Assembly (NCBI RefSeq): GCF_003334255.1
Contig: NZ_QOWU01000020.1
DNA from: Escherichia coli
Lineage (GTDB): Bacteria; Pseudomonadota; Gammaproteobacteria; Enterobacterales; Enterobacteriaceae
Reading direction: 5' to 3' (one strand)
DNA length: 64,000 bases
The notes below the pieces were generated by a model that ran no database searches, was not told where the DNA came from, and was given only the letters and a program-made list of their open reading frames with translations. The position numbers and the translations under genes are program-made. The first letter of the stretch is position 1; each line of letters starts with the position of its first letter. This document shows positions 40,150 through 55,881 of the stretch, piece by piece.

Positions 40150-40800
40150 TTACATGGCGTAGTAATACGCTTTCACCTGCTCCCAGTCCGCTTTGGGGAT
40201 TGGCTCCAGATATTTTTCCAGCTGGCGGAAGTCATGATTAATCGCTTTATCGCGACGCAAGCGGCGACGACTTTTCTCCAGGTCAAGAAAACCAGCTTCT
40301 GCATTACCTTCTGTTTTCACATAGATATGGCGAACATAACAACAGCCATGCTGACGATTAATGCTATGCATTTTCTTAAACGCCAGCGCCACTGCTTTCA
40401 ACATGGCTTGCCGTACTTCGTCAGAATAAGGCGATACTGCATGCTGGGCATACCAGTCAGCAATGCTGATGAACCCCGCCATATCTTCAGTCACCAGCAA
40501 CGCTCGCCATTCACCCTCAATTTTCACCGCTTCACCAAAAACGATCTTCGGCACGATGACACCGGCCCGTTCCAGTTCTTTAATTACCGCAACCTCACGG
40601 ACAATCGTTGGTCGGCCGAACGGATAACGTACGGAATGAAACAGATGATGCGTCATGCGCTTTACATACAGCTTTTTGCCGTTGCGCTCGACGCATTGCA
40701 CCCCGCTCATACCATTACGGCGATAGTTAGGCTCTTCAACCCAGTCGCCCTCTGTTGCCCACCAGTGATTAAATTCGTCGTACTTTGCTGAAACTGCCAT
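40150..40800 (-). CDS. inaA: Acid-inducible Kdo/WaaP-family kinase InaA
   Basis: 216-aa ORF matching InaA. Confidence 0.92.
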   Translation of the reverse strand: MAVSAKYDEFNHWWATEGDWVEEPNYRRNGMSGVQCVERNGKKLYVKRMTHHLFHSVRYPFGRPTIVREVAVIKELERAGVIVPKIVFGEAVKIEGEWRALLVTEDMAGFISIADWYAQHAVSPYSDEVRQAMLKAVALAFKKMHSINRQHGCCYVRHIYVKTEGNAEAGFLDLEKSRRRLRRDKAINHDFRQLEKYLEPIPKADWEQVKAYYYAM

Positions 40801-41014
40801 ACCCTATCGCCTGTCATTTTTATTAACGACAATGACTATAGGTGGTTACCTGAGGAAAATCTTAATGAAACGTGTCGTATTAATGAATTTCTTTTGCCAC
40901 TACTAGCTTGACACCGCTTTTACCCTTCATTTGCAGCGCATAGATTCCACCAGCCACTACCACTAATAGTGCGCCCAGCAGATAAAATGTGAATTTAATC
41001 AGGCGGATACAGCG

Positions 41015-41221
41015 ATGAATTTTATTCGACAGGGATTAGGCATCGCCTTACAACCAGAGTTAACGCTGAAAAGCATTGCAGGTGAATTGTGTTCCGTTCC
41101 TCTCGAACCAACTTTCTATCGACAGATTTCGTTGCTGGCTAAAGAAAAGCCGGTAGAAGGCAGTCCACTGTTTTTACTACAAATGTGCATGGAACAATTA
41201 GTGGCGATTGGAAAAATTTGA
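41015..41221 (+). pseudogene. yfaH: yfaH, remnant of a LysR-family regulator (C-terminal fragment only)
   Basis: 68-aa ORF resembling the C-terminal effector-domain end of a LysR-type regulator; no HTH or N-terminal domain upstream. Confidence 0.6.
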
Positions 41222-41262
41222 TATGAGACAGGATGGCGCATGAACGCCATCCTGCAGTAACA

Positions 41263-42339
41263 TTACTCTTTATTAAGAAATTTTACTGCCTTATCAGGGA
41301 AATCAGTAAACAGCCCATTTACACCCGCTTTGTTATACAGAGCATCATATAACTGATTCACATCAGGAGTGTATTCAGGCAGTTTATCTGACCGCACGGT
41401 ATAAGGATGCACTACCAGTTTATTCTGCTGAGCATCTTGCACCATGCCAGTGAGTTTGATATTACCCGGCTGCGATGTCTCCTCAATCAACATATGGTAA
41501 TCCGGACCAATACCATCTGCATATTCCGCCACCTGTTTCATGGCACCCGGCTTAAACATCCAGTCGTAGTTGTAATTAACCCAGCTTCCATCCGGCTGTT
41601 TCTGCTGCGTTTCATTCCAGTCGGTATAGGCAATCAGCTGTACCAGATTGAGCTCCATGCCCATTTTGGGTTCCAGCTCATTCTTAATACGCTTCAGCTC
41701 ATCAGCATCAAAACATTGCAAATAAACTTTATCGTCTTTACCGGTGTAACCATATTTCTTCAGCACTTCCAGCGTTTTTGCCGCAATATCCTTCCCTTCC
41801 TGATGATGGAACCACGGCGCTTTGATTTCTGGATAAATACCGATATTTTTCCCGGTAGAGTGATTTAACCCCTGAACAAATTCAATCTCTTCTTCAAAGG
41901 TGTGCACCCGGAAGTCGGACTTACCCATTGGGAAACGCCCCGGATAAGTCTGCACTTTTTTACCGTTTTCAATATCGAAACCTTCGGTAAATTTCAACGA
42001 CTTAATTTCATCCAGCGTGAAATCTATCGCGTAGTAACGACCGTCTTTGCGCGCCCGATCCGGGAAACGATCGGCAACATCAGTAACACGATCGAGGTAA
42101 TGGTCATGCAGAACAACCAGATTGTCGTCTTTGGTCATCACCAAATCCTGTTCCAGATAATCCGCTCCCTGCGCATACGCCATCGCTTTTGCTGGCAGCG
42201 TATGCTCCGGCAAATATCCACTGGCACCGCGATGGGCGATGACTATTTTTTCGTTGCTGTCCGCCGCCATTGCACTGCTTCCCATGACTATAGTGCTCAT
42301 CATGATCGCCATGCTAAGGTTTTTCAGCGTCAATTTCAT
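41263..42339 (-). CDS. glpQ: Periplasmic glycerophosphodiester phosphodiesterase
   Basis: 358-aa protein starting MKLTLKNLSMAIMMSTIVMGSSAMA (signal peptide) then HRG motif; the ORF-track start is upstream. Confidence 0.95.
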   Translation of the reverse strand: MKLTLKNLSMAIMMSTIVMGSSAMAADSNEKIVIAHRGASGYLPEHTLPAKAMAYAQGADYLEQDLVMTKDDNLVVLHDHYLDRVTDVADRFPDRARKDGRYYAIDFTLDEIKSLKFTEGFDIENGKKVQTYPGRFPMGKSDFRVHTFEEEIEFVQGLNHSTGKNIGIYPEIKAPWFHHQEGKDIAAKTLEVLKKYGYTGKDDKVYLQCFDADELKRIKNELEPKMGMELNLVQLIAYTDWNETQQKQPDGSWVNYNYDWMFKPGAMKQVAEYADGIGPDYHMLIEETSQPGNIKLTGMVQDAQQNKLVVHPYTVRSDKLPEYTPDVNQLYDALYNKAGVNGLFTDFPDKAVKFLNKE

Positions 42340-42343
42340 GCCA

Positions 42344-43702
42344 TTAGCCTCCGTTGCGTTCTTGCAGTAATTGTTCATGGCGACGTTTTTCGCCAATCAT
42401 CACAACAATCAACAAGATAACCGCCAGAATGCTGCCGCCAATCATTACCATAAAGCCGCCATCCCAGCCGAAGAAGTCCACGGTGTAGCCAACAATCGCG
42501 CTCGCCGCCACCGAACCGCCCAGGTAACCAAACAGCCCGGTAAAGCCCGCTGCCGTACCTGCCGCTTTTTTCGGTGCCAGTTCCAGCGCATGCAGACCGA
42601 TCAGCATCACAGGACCGTAGATCAGGAAGCCGATAACAATCATACAAATCATATCGACGGTTGGGTTACCTGCCGGGTTCATCCAGTAAACGATAGTCGC
42701 GATGGTCACCAGTGTCATAAAGAAAACGCCGGTTGCCCCACGGTTGCCACGGAAGACTTTATCCGACATCCAGCCGCACAGCAGAGTGCCCGGAATACCT
42801 GCATATTCATAAAGGAAGTAGGCCCAGGAGGATTTATCTAGCGCGAAATGCTTAACCTCTTTCAGATAAGTCGGTGACCAGTCGAGGATGCCGTAACGCA
42901 GCAGATAAACGAACACGTTGGCGATGGCGATATACCACAGCAGTTTGTTCGGCAGTACGTACTGCATGAAGATTTGCTTCGCCGTCAGCTCCTGTTCCGC
43001 TTTTTCGTTATAGTCGTCCGGATAATCATTTTTGTACTCTTCGATCGGCGGCAAGCCACAGGATTGCGGGGTATCGCGCATCATCGCAAAGGCGAATAAT
43101 GCCACCAGAATGGCGCAGAAAGCAGGCATATAGAGCGCCGCATGCCAGTCATTGAACCAGGCCATCCCCAGCAGGAACAGCAGCGGCGGAATACCACCAC
43201 CGACGTTGTGCGCACAGTTCCACACTGACACAATGCCGCCACGTTCTTTCTGCGACCACCAGTGCACCATAGTACGACCACACGGCGGCCACCCCATCCC
43301 CTGGAACCAACCGCAGAGGAACAACAGTACAAACATCACCGCAATGCTCGACGTCGCCCATGGCACAAAGCCCATAAACAACATCACTGCCGCCGCCAGA
43401 ATCAAACCTGCGGGCAGGAAAACGCGCGGATTCGAGCGATCCGATACCGAACCCATGATGAATTTCGAAAATCCATAAGCAATCGAGATCCCCGAAAGGG
43501 CAAAACCTAAATCACCGCGTGAGAATCCCTGCTCAACCAGATAAGGCATAGCAAGCGCAAAGTTCTTACGAACCAAATAGTAAGCCGCATAGCCAAAGAA
43601 TATCCCCAGGAAAATTTGCCAGCGCAATCGACGATAAGTCGGATCGATCTCCGCGGCAGGTAAGCGCGCTTTGTGTGGCGCTGGTTTAAAAATACTCAAC
43701 AT
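42344..43702 (-). CDS. glpT: Glycerol-3-phosphate/phosphate antiporter (MFS)
   Basis: 452-aa 12-TM ORF matching GlpT; 4-bp gap to glpQ. Confidence 0.97.
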
Positions 43703-43813
43703 TGATAGCCTCCGTGGCCCGTGGTCTTATTTATGATTAACAGCCTGATTCAGTGAGAGAACCTGCCGTTTCTTGAGTTGCCGCGATGTTAAGAAAACAT
43801 TCATAAATTAAAT

Positions 43814-43830
43814 GTGAATTGCCGCACACA
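43814..43830. promoter_or_regulatory. CRP-like site in the glpTQ/glpABC divergent control region
   Basis: TGTGA-N6-GCACA; lies in the 272-bp divergent intergenic region known to carry CRP, GlpR and FNR sites. Only the CRP-like motif was mapped. Confidence 0.55.
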
Positions 43831-43974
43831 TTATTAAATAAGATTTACAAAATGTTCAAAATGACGCATGAAATCACGTTTCACTTTCGAATTATGAGCG
43901 AATATGCGCGAAATCAAACAATTCATGTTTTTACTATGGCTAAATGGTAAAAAACGAACTTCAGAGGGATAACA

Positions 43975-48039
<4,065 letters not shown>

Positions 48040-48052
48040 ACTCCTTTCTGAT

Positions 48053-48085
48053 GCCCGGTAAGCATGTGGTTACCGGGCATTTTTG
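48053..48085 (+). terminator. Rho-independent terminator of glpABC
   Basis: Hairpin GCCCGGTAA-GCATGTGG-TTACCGGGC followed by ATTTTTG. Confidence 0.8.
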
Positions 48086-48231
48086 CGTACACGATTCCGT
48101 GCCCAATGTATGCGTTGCAACGCAGTGAAAATTCCTCTGAAAACGTCTCGCAAAGGCTGAAACTGGCAGATGTCAAAGGCCTGGGATAACCGTAATGTCG
48201 CGTCATCATAAATATCAGGTGACGGACAACC

Positions 48232-49131
48232 ATGACCGAATCAACAACCTCCTCCCCGCATGATGCGGTATTTAAAACCTTTATGTTCACACCCGAAACC
48301 GCACGGGATTTTCTCGAAATACATTTACCAGAACCACTGCGCAAGCTTTGCAACCTGCAAACCTTACGCCTGGAACCCACTAGTTTTATTGAAAAAAGTT
48401 TACGCGCTTACTACTCGGATGTTTTGTGGTCCGTGGAAACCAGCGACGGTGACGGCTATATCTACTGCGTGATTGAACATCAAAGCTCTGCAGAAAAGAA
48501 TATGGCTTTTCGGCTAATGCGCTATGCCACTGCCGCCATGCAGCGTCACCTGGACAAAGGCTATGACAGAGTCCCGCTGGTGGTGCCGTTGCTGTTTTAT
48601 CATGGCGAAACCTCGCCTTACCCGTACTCACTCAACTGGCTGGATGAGTTTGACGATCCGCAACTTGCCCGGCAGTTGTACACCGAAGCTTTTCCGTTGG
48701 TGGATATCACCATCGTACCTGACGATGAGATCATGCAACATCGGCGTATAGCTCTGCTGGAACTGATTCAAAAGCATATTCGCGACCGCGATTTAATCGG
48801 CATGGTCGACAGGATCACCACGCTTTTGGTTAGAGGCTTCACTAATGACAGCCAGCTACAAACACTGTTTAATTATCTGCTGCAATGCGGCGATACCTCC
48901 CGTTTCACCCGTTTTATTGAGGAGATTGCCGAACGTTCACCACTACAAAAGGAGAGATTAATGACTATTGCTGAACGGCTACGGCAGGAAGGGCATCAAA
49001 TTGGCTGGCAGGAAGGTATGCATGAACAAGCCATTAAAATTGCTTTGCGCATGCTGGAGCAGGGCTTTGAACGTGAGATTGTGCTGGCGACAACCCAACT
49101 CACTGATGCTGATATTCCGAACTGTCATTAA
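48232..49131 (+). CDS. rpnE: Rpn-family (transposase_31/PD-(D/E)xK) recombination-promoting nuclease YfaD
   Basis: 299-aa ORF matching YfaD. Confidence 0.88.
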   Translation: MTESTTSSPHDAVFKTFMFTPETARDFLEIHLPEPLRKLCNLQTLRLEPTSFIEKSLRAYYSDVLWSVETSDGDGYIYCVIEHQSSAEKNMAFRLMRYATAAMQRHLDKGYDRVPLVVPLLFYHGETSPYPYSLNWLDEFDDPQLARQLYTEAFPLVDITIVPDDEIMQHRRIALLELIQKHIRDRDLIGMVDRITTLLVRGFTNDSQLQTLFNYLLQCGDTSRFTRFIEEIAERSPLQKERLMTIAERLRQEGHQIGWQEGMHEQAIKIALRMLEQGFEREIVLATTQLTDADIPNCH

Positions 49132-49329
49132 AAGGAGAGATTAATGACTATTGCTGAACGGCTGCGGCAGGAAGGACATCAAATTGGCTGGCAGGAAGGT
49201 AAATTAGAAGGTTTGCATGAACAAGCCATTAAAATTGCTTTGCGCATGCTGGAACAGGGCTTTGATCGTGACCTGGTGCTCGCGGCCACCCAGCTAAGCG
49301 AAGCCGATCTGGCAGCGAATAACCACTAA
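48947..49329 (+). repeat. Tandem direct duplication of the yfaD 3' end that generates ypaA
   Basis: Copy 1 (48947-49130) and copy 2 (49131-49329) both begin AAAGGAGAGATTAATGACTATTGCTGAACGGCT; copy 2 carries a 15-nt insertion and a diverged tail. Confidence 0.9.
49144..49329 (+). CDS. ypaA: YpaA, small protein paralogous to the YfaD C-terminal domain
   Basis: 61-aa [22 protein letters not shown]...; preceded by AAGGAG Shine-Dalgarno. Confidence 0.75.
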   Translation: MTIAERLRQEGHQIGWQEGKLEGLHEQAIKIALRMLEQGFDRDLVLAATQLSEADLAANNH

Positions 49330-49369
49330 TTAACACAGGCCCACAGCCGATCCCCATGGGCCTTTGATA

Positions 49370-50173
49370 TCAATAACTACCTTTTATGCGTGGCCCATTT
49401 TTGCCTGATTTAAACATCGCCAGTCGTTGATCCAGGGCATCGCTGTAGAGCATCGTGTCAACGCCAACAGCGACAAAGTTCGCTCCCCACGCCTGGCATT
49501 GCTGCGCCATATCAGGAGCCACAGCCAGAAAACCAGCCGCTTTACCCGCAGCACGGATCCGCCGAATACTGGTTTCAATAATTCGCTGCACTTCCGGGTG
49601 CCCGGCGTTATCCGGGTAGCCCAACGACGCAGAAAGATCCGCAGGTCCAATAAACACGCCATCAATCCCTTCGACGTCGAGGATTTCGTCCAGGTTATCC
49701 AGTGCCGTTTTACTTTCCACCTGCACCAACAGACAAAGCGAATCGTTAACTTGCGCCATGTAATTCTCAATGCGTCCCCAGCGCGCAGCCCGTGCCACAC
49801 TGGCCCCGACACCACGCTCACCGTAGGGAGGATAGCGCGTGGCAGACACCACCTGACGTGCCTGTTCGGCAGTATCGACCATCGGGATCAGTAGAGTTTG
49901 CGCGCCAATATCCAGGACTTGTTTAATCAGCGGTTTACTGCCTTCCACCGGACGGATCACGGGTTGGCTGGCATAGGGCGCTACCGCCTGTAGCTGATGA
50001 TAAAGATCCTGAATGGTGTTTGGCGCGTGCTCCCCGTCAATCAGCAACCAGTCATAACCAGAAGTGGCGGCAATTTCTGCCATATAGGCAGTCGTTGAGC
50101 TTAACCACAGACCAATTTGCACTTCGCCCTTGCGTAAACGTTCTTTAAAGGGATTGCTTAATAATGCGTTCAT
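49370..50173 (-). CDS. rhmA: 2-keto-3-deoxy-L-rhamnonate aldolase
   Basis: 267-aa protein starting [21 protein letters not shown] (HpcH/HpaI aldolase family); the ORF-track start is upstream. Confidence 0.92.
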   Translation of the reverse strand: MNALLSNPFKERLRKGEVQIGLWLSSTTAYMAEIAATSGYDWLLIDGEHAPNTIQDLYHQLQAVAPYASQPVIRPVEGSKPLIKQVLDIGAQTLLIPMVDTAEQARQVVSATRYPPYGERGVGASVARAARWGRIENYMAQVNDSLCLLVQVESKTALDNLDEILDVEGIDGVFIGPADLSASLGYPDNAGHPEVQRIIETSIRRIRAAGKAAGFLAVAPDMAQQCQAWGANFVAVGVDTMLYSDALDQRLAMFKSGKNGPRIKGSY

Positions 50174-50190
50174 CGTGTTCCTTAACCTAT

Positions 50191-51480
50191 TTAATGATGT
50201 GCCACGTCGGTCTGCGCAACAGTGCGATTTACACGCAGAGTGAAAATAATCAGCGAACCGATGACCGCCACCGCTGCCAGCGTCAGTAATCCCGCCGCAT
50301 CGCTGGCAAATAACGTTTCTGCTTTCACGCGCAGGATCGGGGCAATAAACCCGCCCACTGCACCAAACAGGTTTACAAAACCAATTCCCGCAGCCAGCGC
50401 CGTACCGGAAAGCAGTTGTGTCGGCATCGTCCAGAACACTGGCTGCACGGCAATAAACCCGATAGCTGCAACACACAGCGCTACGATCGCCATTACTGGA
50501 GAAAGCAGCCCGGACAGACCAATACCAATGCCCGCCGCCAGTAATGTCAGCGCTGCGACATTACGCCGTTCGCCGGTTTTATCGGAATAGCGCGGAATAA
50601 GCCAGGTCCCAAACAAGGCCGCAACCCACGGAATGGCGGTGACCACCGACGCTGTAAAGCCCACTTTTGTTCCCAGCAATGCCGCAACCTGGGTCGGCAG
50701 GAAGAAAATTAATCCGTAAACCGCCACCTGAATGGTCAGGTAGATAATCGCTAGTTGCCAGACTCGGCCATTACGCAGCGCATCGCTCAGCCGAGAAGTC
50801 ACTTTCTGTTGTTCTTCACTTGCCAGTTGATTGATAAGCAACGTTTTTTCTTGTTTACTCAGAAAACGTGCCTGCTCCGGTGTGTCATCAAGCCAAAAGA
50901 ATGTGAATACCCCAGCACCGACTGCCAACAATCCTTCAATCACAAACATCCAGAACCAGCCGGGATGCCCCATAAATCCATGCATCTCCAACAGCGCGCC
51001 GGAAAGCGGTGATCCCAGTGTTAACGCCAGCGGTGCGCCCATATAGAACAGCCCCATAATGCTGGCGCGATTACGCTGCGGAAACCATTGCGAGGTGAGA
51101 TAAATCATACCAGGGAAAAATCCGGCCTCCGCAGCACCAAGCAGAGTGCGAACTATCAGAAATTTCGCTTCAGTATCGGCCCATGCCATGGCTGCCGAAA
51201 GAAATCCCCACAGCAGTGTTGTCGTACCAATCCAGGTTCTGGCCCCCAGTTTGCGCATCAAAAGATTCGCCGGAACACCCAGAAACGCATATACCACAAA
51301 GAAAATGCCTGCTCCCAGCGCATAAGCTTCATTACTCAACCCGGTATCAATCTGGTAGGTCTGTTTGGCAAAACCGATATTCGAACGGTCGAGAAACGCC
51401 AGCACATACAGCGCCAACATAAACGGAATTAAACGCACACGGTTTTTCTTCACCACGGCGTCAAGCAAAGCGGTGCTCAT
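50191..51480 (-). CDS. rhmT: L-rhamnonate transporter (MFS)
   Basis: 429-aa protein starting [17 protein letters not shown]; polytopic membrane protein. Confidence 0.9.
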   Translation of the reverse strand: MSTALLDAVVKKNRVRLIPFMLALYVLAFLDRSNIGFAKQTYQIDTGLSNEAYALGAGIFFVVYAFLGVPANLLMRKLGARTWIGTTTLLWGFLSAAMAWADTEAKFLIVRTLLGAAEAGFFPGMIYLTSQWFPQRNRASIMGLFYMGAPLALTLGSPLSGALLEMHGFMGHPGWFWMFVIEGLLAVGAGVFTFFWLDDTPEQARFLSKQEKTLLINQLASEEQQKVTSRLSDALRNGRVWQLAIIYLTIQVAVYGLIFFLPTQVAALLGTKVGFTASVVTAIPWVAALFGTWLIPRYSDKTGERRNVAALTLLAAGIGIGLSGLLSPVMAIVALCVAAIGFIAVQPVFWTMPTQLLSGTALAAGIGFVNLFGAVGGFIAPILRVKAETLFASDAAGLLTLAAVAVIGSLIIFTLRVNRTVAQTDVAHH

Positions 51481-51536
51481 AAAAAGCTCCTTAGAATATG
51501 TGGGCGTTACCGTTGTCACAGCAACGCCCGGAGTGA

Positions 51537-52754
51537 TTAGTGGCTGTAGGGGCGTTTCAAATTGCAGTCACGATTGAGTTCGACGCCAAAACCGGGTTTA
51601 TCAAGCACTGATTTATGAATACGACCATTCACCGGAACCGGCTCATTGAGCAGAATCGGGTCAAACTGCGGACGCATCGTTGAACAATCCGGGCTGGTCA
51701 TCAGGAATTCGCTGAATGGCGTATTGGTGAAGGTGATCACCGCATGGTGAGAGTAAACAGACGAACCGTGCGGCACCACCAGTTGCCCCCTGGATTTGGC
51801 GATTGCGGCAATTTCCACCAGCGTGGTTAAACCACCGCACCAGCCAACATCCGGCTGCATAATGTCGATACCGGTTTCTGAAAGCGTACGAAAAGATTGC
51901 AGTGTGCCGTGGTGCTCACCGCTGGTGACCATCATTCCGACTGGCGCGTTGCGTTTCAGTTCGCGATAACTTTCATACTGCTGTGGCGGCAGGCACTCTT
52001 CGATCCATTTCAGGTTATAGGGCGCGCAAGCGTGGGCCAGTTTGGTCGCATAGTTCACGTCCTGACTCATCCAGCAGTCGAGCATTAACCAGAAATCCTC
52101 ACCGCATTTTTCACGCATATCCGCGACCATAGCGGCATCTTTGCGGATCCCCGCATCGCCATCATGTGGCCCCCAGTGCGTCGGCATTTTGCCACCGATA
52201 AAGCCCATCTCTTTTGCCAGATCCGGACGCGCACCTGTGGCGTAGAACTGAATCTCATCACGAACAGCGCCGCCTAAAAGTTTATAAACCGGAAGCCCGA
52301 CCACTTTGCCGAACAGATCCCACAGAGCCAGATCGACACAAGAAATCGTATTCATCACCAGGCCACCAGAGCCGGAGTAATACAGGGTGGCACTGAGCAT
52401 TTGATCGTGGATCAGTTTGATATCACTGACACATTTACCCTCAATGAAACGGTTAAGATGTTTTTCGACAATAAAACAGCCCATTTCACCGGCTGTCGAA
52501 ACGGCGAATCCGGTCTGGCCGTTTTCTGCTTCGACTTCAACAACCAACGTGCCAAGAACGTTAATGCCAAATGACTGGCGTGACTGCTCGTAATCGCGGT
52601 ATTTACTCATCGGGGTGGCAATATGATCGTCTATCCAGTGATTCGCCCCCTGGTCGTGATAATCACCGCCGCCAGCGCCTTTTTCTGCTGTCGCACCGCC
52701 AGTAAACCAGGCGCGAACCTGTTTAATTTTTGGTAGGGTCATGATGTTCTCCAT
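51537..52754 (-). CDS. rhmD: L-rhamnonate dehydratase (enolase superfamily); the annotated start may be 4 codons downstream
   Basis: 405-aa ORF (401 aa from MTLPKIKQV) matching RhmD/YfaW. Confidence 0.92.
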
Positions 52755-52756
52755 TG

Positions 52757-53539
52757 TTATGAGGCTTGTAAGTCAAAGGGACTTTTCCATCCCAACAGAC
52801 GTGAAATATCCCTGGCGCAGGCAATGGCCTTGCCCGCCAGATAATCACGGTATTCTTCATTGATTTGTAAGCGGGTACCGACCACCGAGATCGCAGCGGT
52901 AAGCTCGTTATTGGCGTTAAACACCGGCGCAGCGACACAACGGACATCGGCGTAATCTTCGCCGTTGTCATAGCTCCAGCCCTGACGGCGAATACGCGCC
53001 AGTTCTTCGTGAAGTTGCTGTGGATGAGTAATCGTTGTGGGTGTCGCCTGCTCCCAGACCAGCCCTTCGATAATACTTTGCTGTACCGCTGCAGGTTGCC
53101 AGGCAAGCAGGCATTTACCTATTCCGGAGCGATAAAGCGAAAGGCTTTTTCCTTCATGGGAACGCACGCTGATAGTGGCTGATGACTCCACTTTCAAAAT
53201 GTAATAAGCGCTGCCGTTATCAATAATCCCCAGGTGACATAACAGCCCGGTGGTATCCATCAGTTGCGTCAAACGCGGTCGAGCCAGTTCCCGGAGATCC
53301 ATCTTGCTTAACGCATGACCGGAAAGCTCCACCAGCCTGGTCCACAAACAAAAATTTTCCTGGTGATCAAGGCTAAGAAAACGCTGACGCCTGAGTTCAT
53401 TAAGCAGCAAATAGGCCGTGCTTTTAGGGATTCCCAATGTGTCAATGATCGTCGCAGCACTACAGGGGCCAATGCGGGCAATCAAATTGAGAATATCAAT
53501 AGCCCGTGTCAGGGCGGGAACTTTGCTTGATTCCAACAT
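52757..53539 (-). CDS. rhmR: IclR-family transcriptional regulator of the rhm operon
   Basis: 260-aa ORF with N-terminal HTH (IclR type); 2-bp gap to rhmD. Confidence 0.9.
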
Positions 53540-53758
53540 ACTGGACTCCAGTCTTAGATACTGGAATCAGTCTCGTTGCTCAGGGGGAGTAAAATTGTGA
53601 AGCGCATCAAATCCCGCTCCTCGTCCAGCAGACTGGAGAAATTACGCACAAATTTGTGAATCAGCGCACGGATTTTTTCTTATTGAGTACAACAGGTTGG
53701 ACAAATTTTGCCGGAGGGGGAATGTGCCGGTGCAGTAAACCGGCACAGAGTGGCGGAA

Positions 53759-54961
53759 TCAGACAGATAAGGTCATGGACTCAACAACCTCAATCCAGCC
53801 ATGCTCACTGGCGATATCCTGGCCGTTTAACCAACGGCGCAGCATATTCAGTGCCATCATTGCGCACACTTCCTGACGGATAGCCAGGCTGTAGCGCGTA
53901 GTGCTGAAACGCACACGCAGAGCGAAAGTGCCGTCTGGCGTGGCTAGCGCAAAGTTGAGATGCTCGTTCTCGAAACCCGAAACAGCCAGTGCCAGCCCGG
54001 CAAAATGGTTGGCCCGCCGTTCTGTAATCCAGTGCGCAGTTTGCGCCAGGGTTTCCTCCTGTGAAGGAACCACTTCACACGCCAGCAATGGAGCACCTGC
54101 GCGAGAAAGTTGCAAAGCCAATAAACCACCGGTGAATTGCTCGCTCAACGTCAGGCTGAACTGGCGGTTTTGCAATTCGCGACTGATCTGCGCGGGCAGT
54201 CCTTCAGTGCCTTCGAAAATCACGCTCTGTCCGGCAACACGTTTAACATCCAGCCACAGTTTTTCCATCGCCTGTTGCTCGCTTGCCGGTCCGGTGAGTT
54301 TCAGTTCGATGATAGGCATTGAGGAGCGATAGCCCATTGTTACGCCCGGCGGCAGTTGTAGAGTGTCCAGGCTTTGTGCCAGATCGCTTTCCGAACGACC
54401 AAAAGTAGTCAAACGCAGACAAACCGGCGGCTGCGGTAAAGAAAAACGCTCGCGCAGGCGCGGCAGGATTTCGTGCTCGACCATCACCTTAAATTCTGAC
54501 GGTACGCCGGGAGTAAAGAACATCAGGCAACGATTAAGCTGCACGGCAAAACCACAGGCGGTGCCTACCGGGTTATTGATAAATTCAGCACTGGCAGGCA
54601 GCTCCGCTTGTTTACGGTTGCTCGGTGCCATTACTCGTCCACGTTCGTGGAAATAGCGTTCCATCTCTTTGAGCCAGGCTTCATGCAGCACCAGGCCTTC
54701 ACCTTTTGCTGTCGCAGCGGCGAGTGCGCTTAAATCATCGCTGGTCGGTCCCAGCCCGCCGTTAACGATCAGCACATCGGCGTGCTGACTACGTTCGCGA
54801 AGAATGGTGACTAAGTCATCAAGGTTATCCCCCACCGTATTGCGGCGAGATAATGGCAACCCCTGATGAAAGAAAAAATCGGCCAGCCAGGCAGCGTTAG
54901 TGTCAACGATTTGCCCGTGTAACACTTCATCCCCGGTGGATAACATTTCCACTTTTAACAT
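53759..54961 (-). CDS. yfaY: CinA-like competence/damage-inducible domain protein YfaY
   Basis: 400-aa ORF with MoCF-biosynthesis-like N-terminus (MLKVEMLSTGDEVLHGQIVDTN) and CinA C-terminal domain. Confidence 0.88.
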   Translation of the reverse strand: MLKVEMLSTGDEVLHGQIVDTNAAWLADFFFHQGLPLSRRNTVGDNLDDLVTILRERSQHADVLIVNGGLGPTSDDLSALAAATAKGEGLVLHEAWLKEMERYFHERGRVMAPSNRKQAELPASAEFINNPVGTACGFAVQLNRCLMFFTPGVPSEFKVMVEHEILPRLRERFSLPQPPVCLRLTTFGRSESDLAQSLDTLQLPPGVTMGYRSSMPIIELKLTGPASEQQAMEKLWLDVKRVAGQSVIFEGTEGLPAQISRELQNRQFSLTLSEQFTGGLLALQLSRAGAPLLACEVVPSQEETLAQTAHWITERRANHFAGLALAVSGFENEHLNFALATPDGTFALRVRFSTTRYSLAIRQEVCAMMALNMLRRWLNGQDIASEHGWIEVVESMTLSV

Positions 54962-55060
54962 GGTTATCTCCTGCTTTTGTTATCGAATCACTATAACGCA
55001 AAGGGAGATAAGGCGTAGTAAGAAACTGAATGGCGCGACAGAATGCCGCGCCGGAAGGGA

Positions 55061-55603
55061 TCAGAAACTGGCGTTAACCCCAACATACGGGCCGTCAGCC
55101 ACGGCGTTGTCGCGGTTACCGTCTTTACCCGACAGATTCAGGTAGCGATAACCCGCCTCAATACTGACTGGACGCATAATGGTGTAACGCGCGCCAGCAT
55201 TCGCTTCTTCATAACTTTGAATACCGCTGGAGAGCGAATCCGGAGAGTAGTAATACTCGCCAAACAAACGGAAGCTGTTGCCAATTTTCCACTGCAAACC
55301 ACCTCCTACCGCTGCGGCATAACCTTCATCGCCGTAATTCGGGTTGGTGTAAACGCCTTTTCCGCCAACGGTCGCCATTAACGGCCCGAGAGGCAGATTC
55401 AACCCCAGCCCCACGCCAGCGACATCACCGTCGTCGTCGTTATGTGTCCAGTTACCGCTTAACGCCAGGCCCGTCGTTTCAGTCCCAAAACCGACACCAA
55501 TATTGGTGTATTCTTTACCCGCCTGACCGCTGATGCTCATTGCATTGACCGATGCAGAAACCAACAGCATTCCGGCCAGACCTGCTAGCGCAATTTTTTT
55601 CAT
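55061..55603 (-). CDS. yfaZ: Outer-membrane beta-barrel protein YfaZ
   Basis: 180-aa protein starting MKKIALAGLAGMLLVSASVNA (signal peptide), ending in F. Confidence 0.88.
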   Translation of the reverse strand: MKKIALAGLAGMLLVSASVNAMSISGQAGKEYTNIGVGFGTETTGLALSGNWTHNDDDGDVAGVGLGLNLPLGPLMATVGGKGVYTNPNYGDEGYAAAVGGGLQWKIGNSFRLFGEYYYSPDSLSSGIQSYEEANAGARYTIMRPVSIEAGYRYLNLSGKDGNRDNAVADGPYVGVNASF

Positions 55604-55881
55604 TATCCCCTTTCCCACAAGCAATTAATCAAAATTCCCAAAGCTGCGGGATTGTACTGCCTGGCACAGAGGATTCAATGAGCGAAAAAAAGGATCTAGT
55701 CACTTATTGTAACTAAATACTTCTTAAATAATTAAATGCCGAAAAAATAAACACACTTTATCGATACACACAAAAATAATAATAAGTACAGTTATCATCG
55801 CAAAAGAGATTACTGTCACTTTCACATATTTGTGAGTTACCGTATTCTCATGGTTTCTTTTTATTTATAAGGAATATCCCT

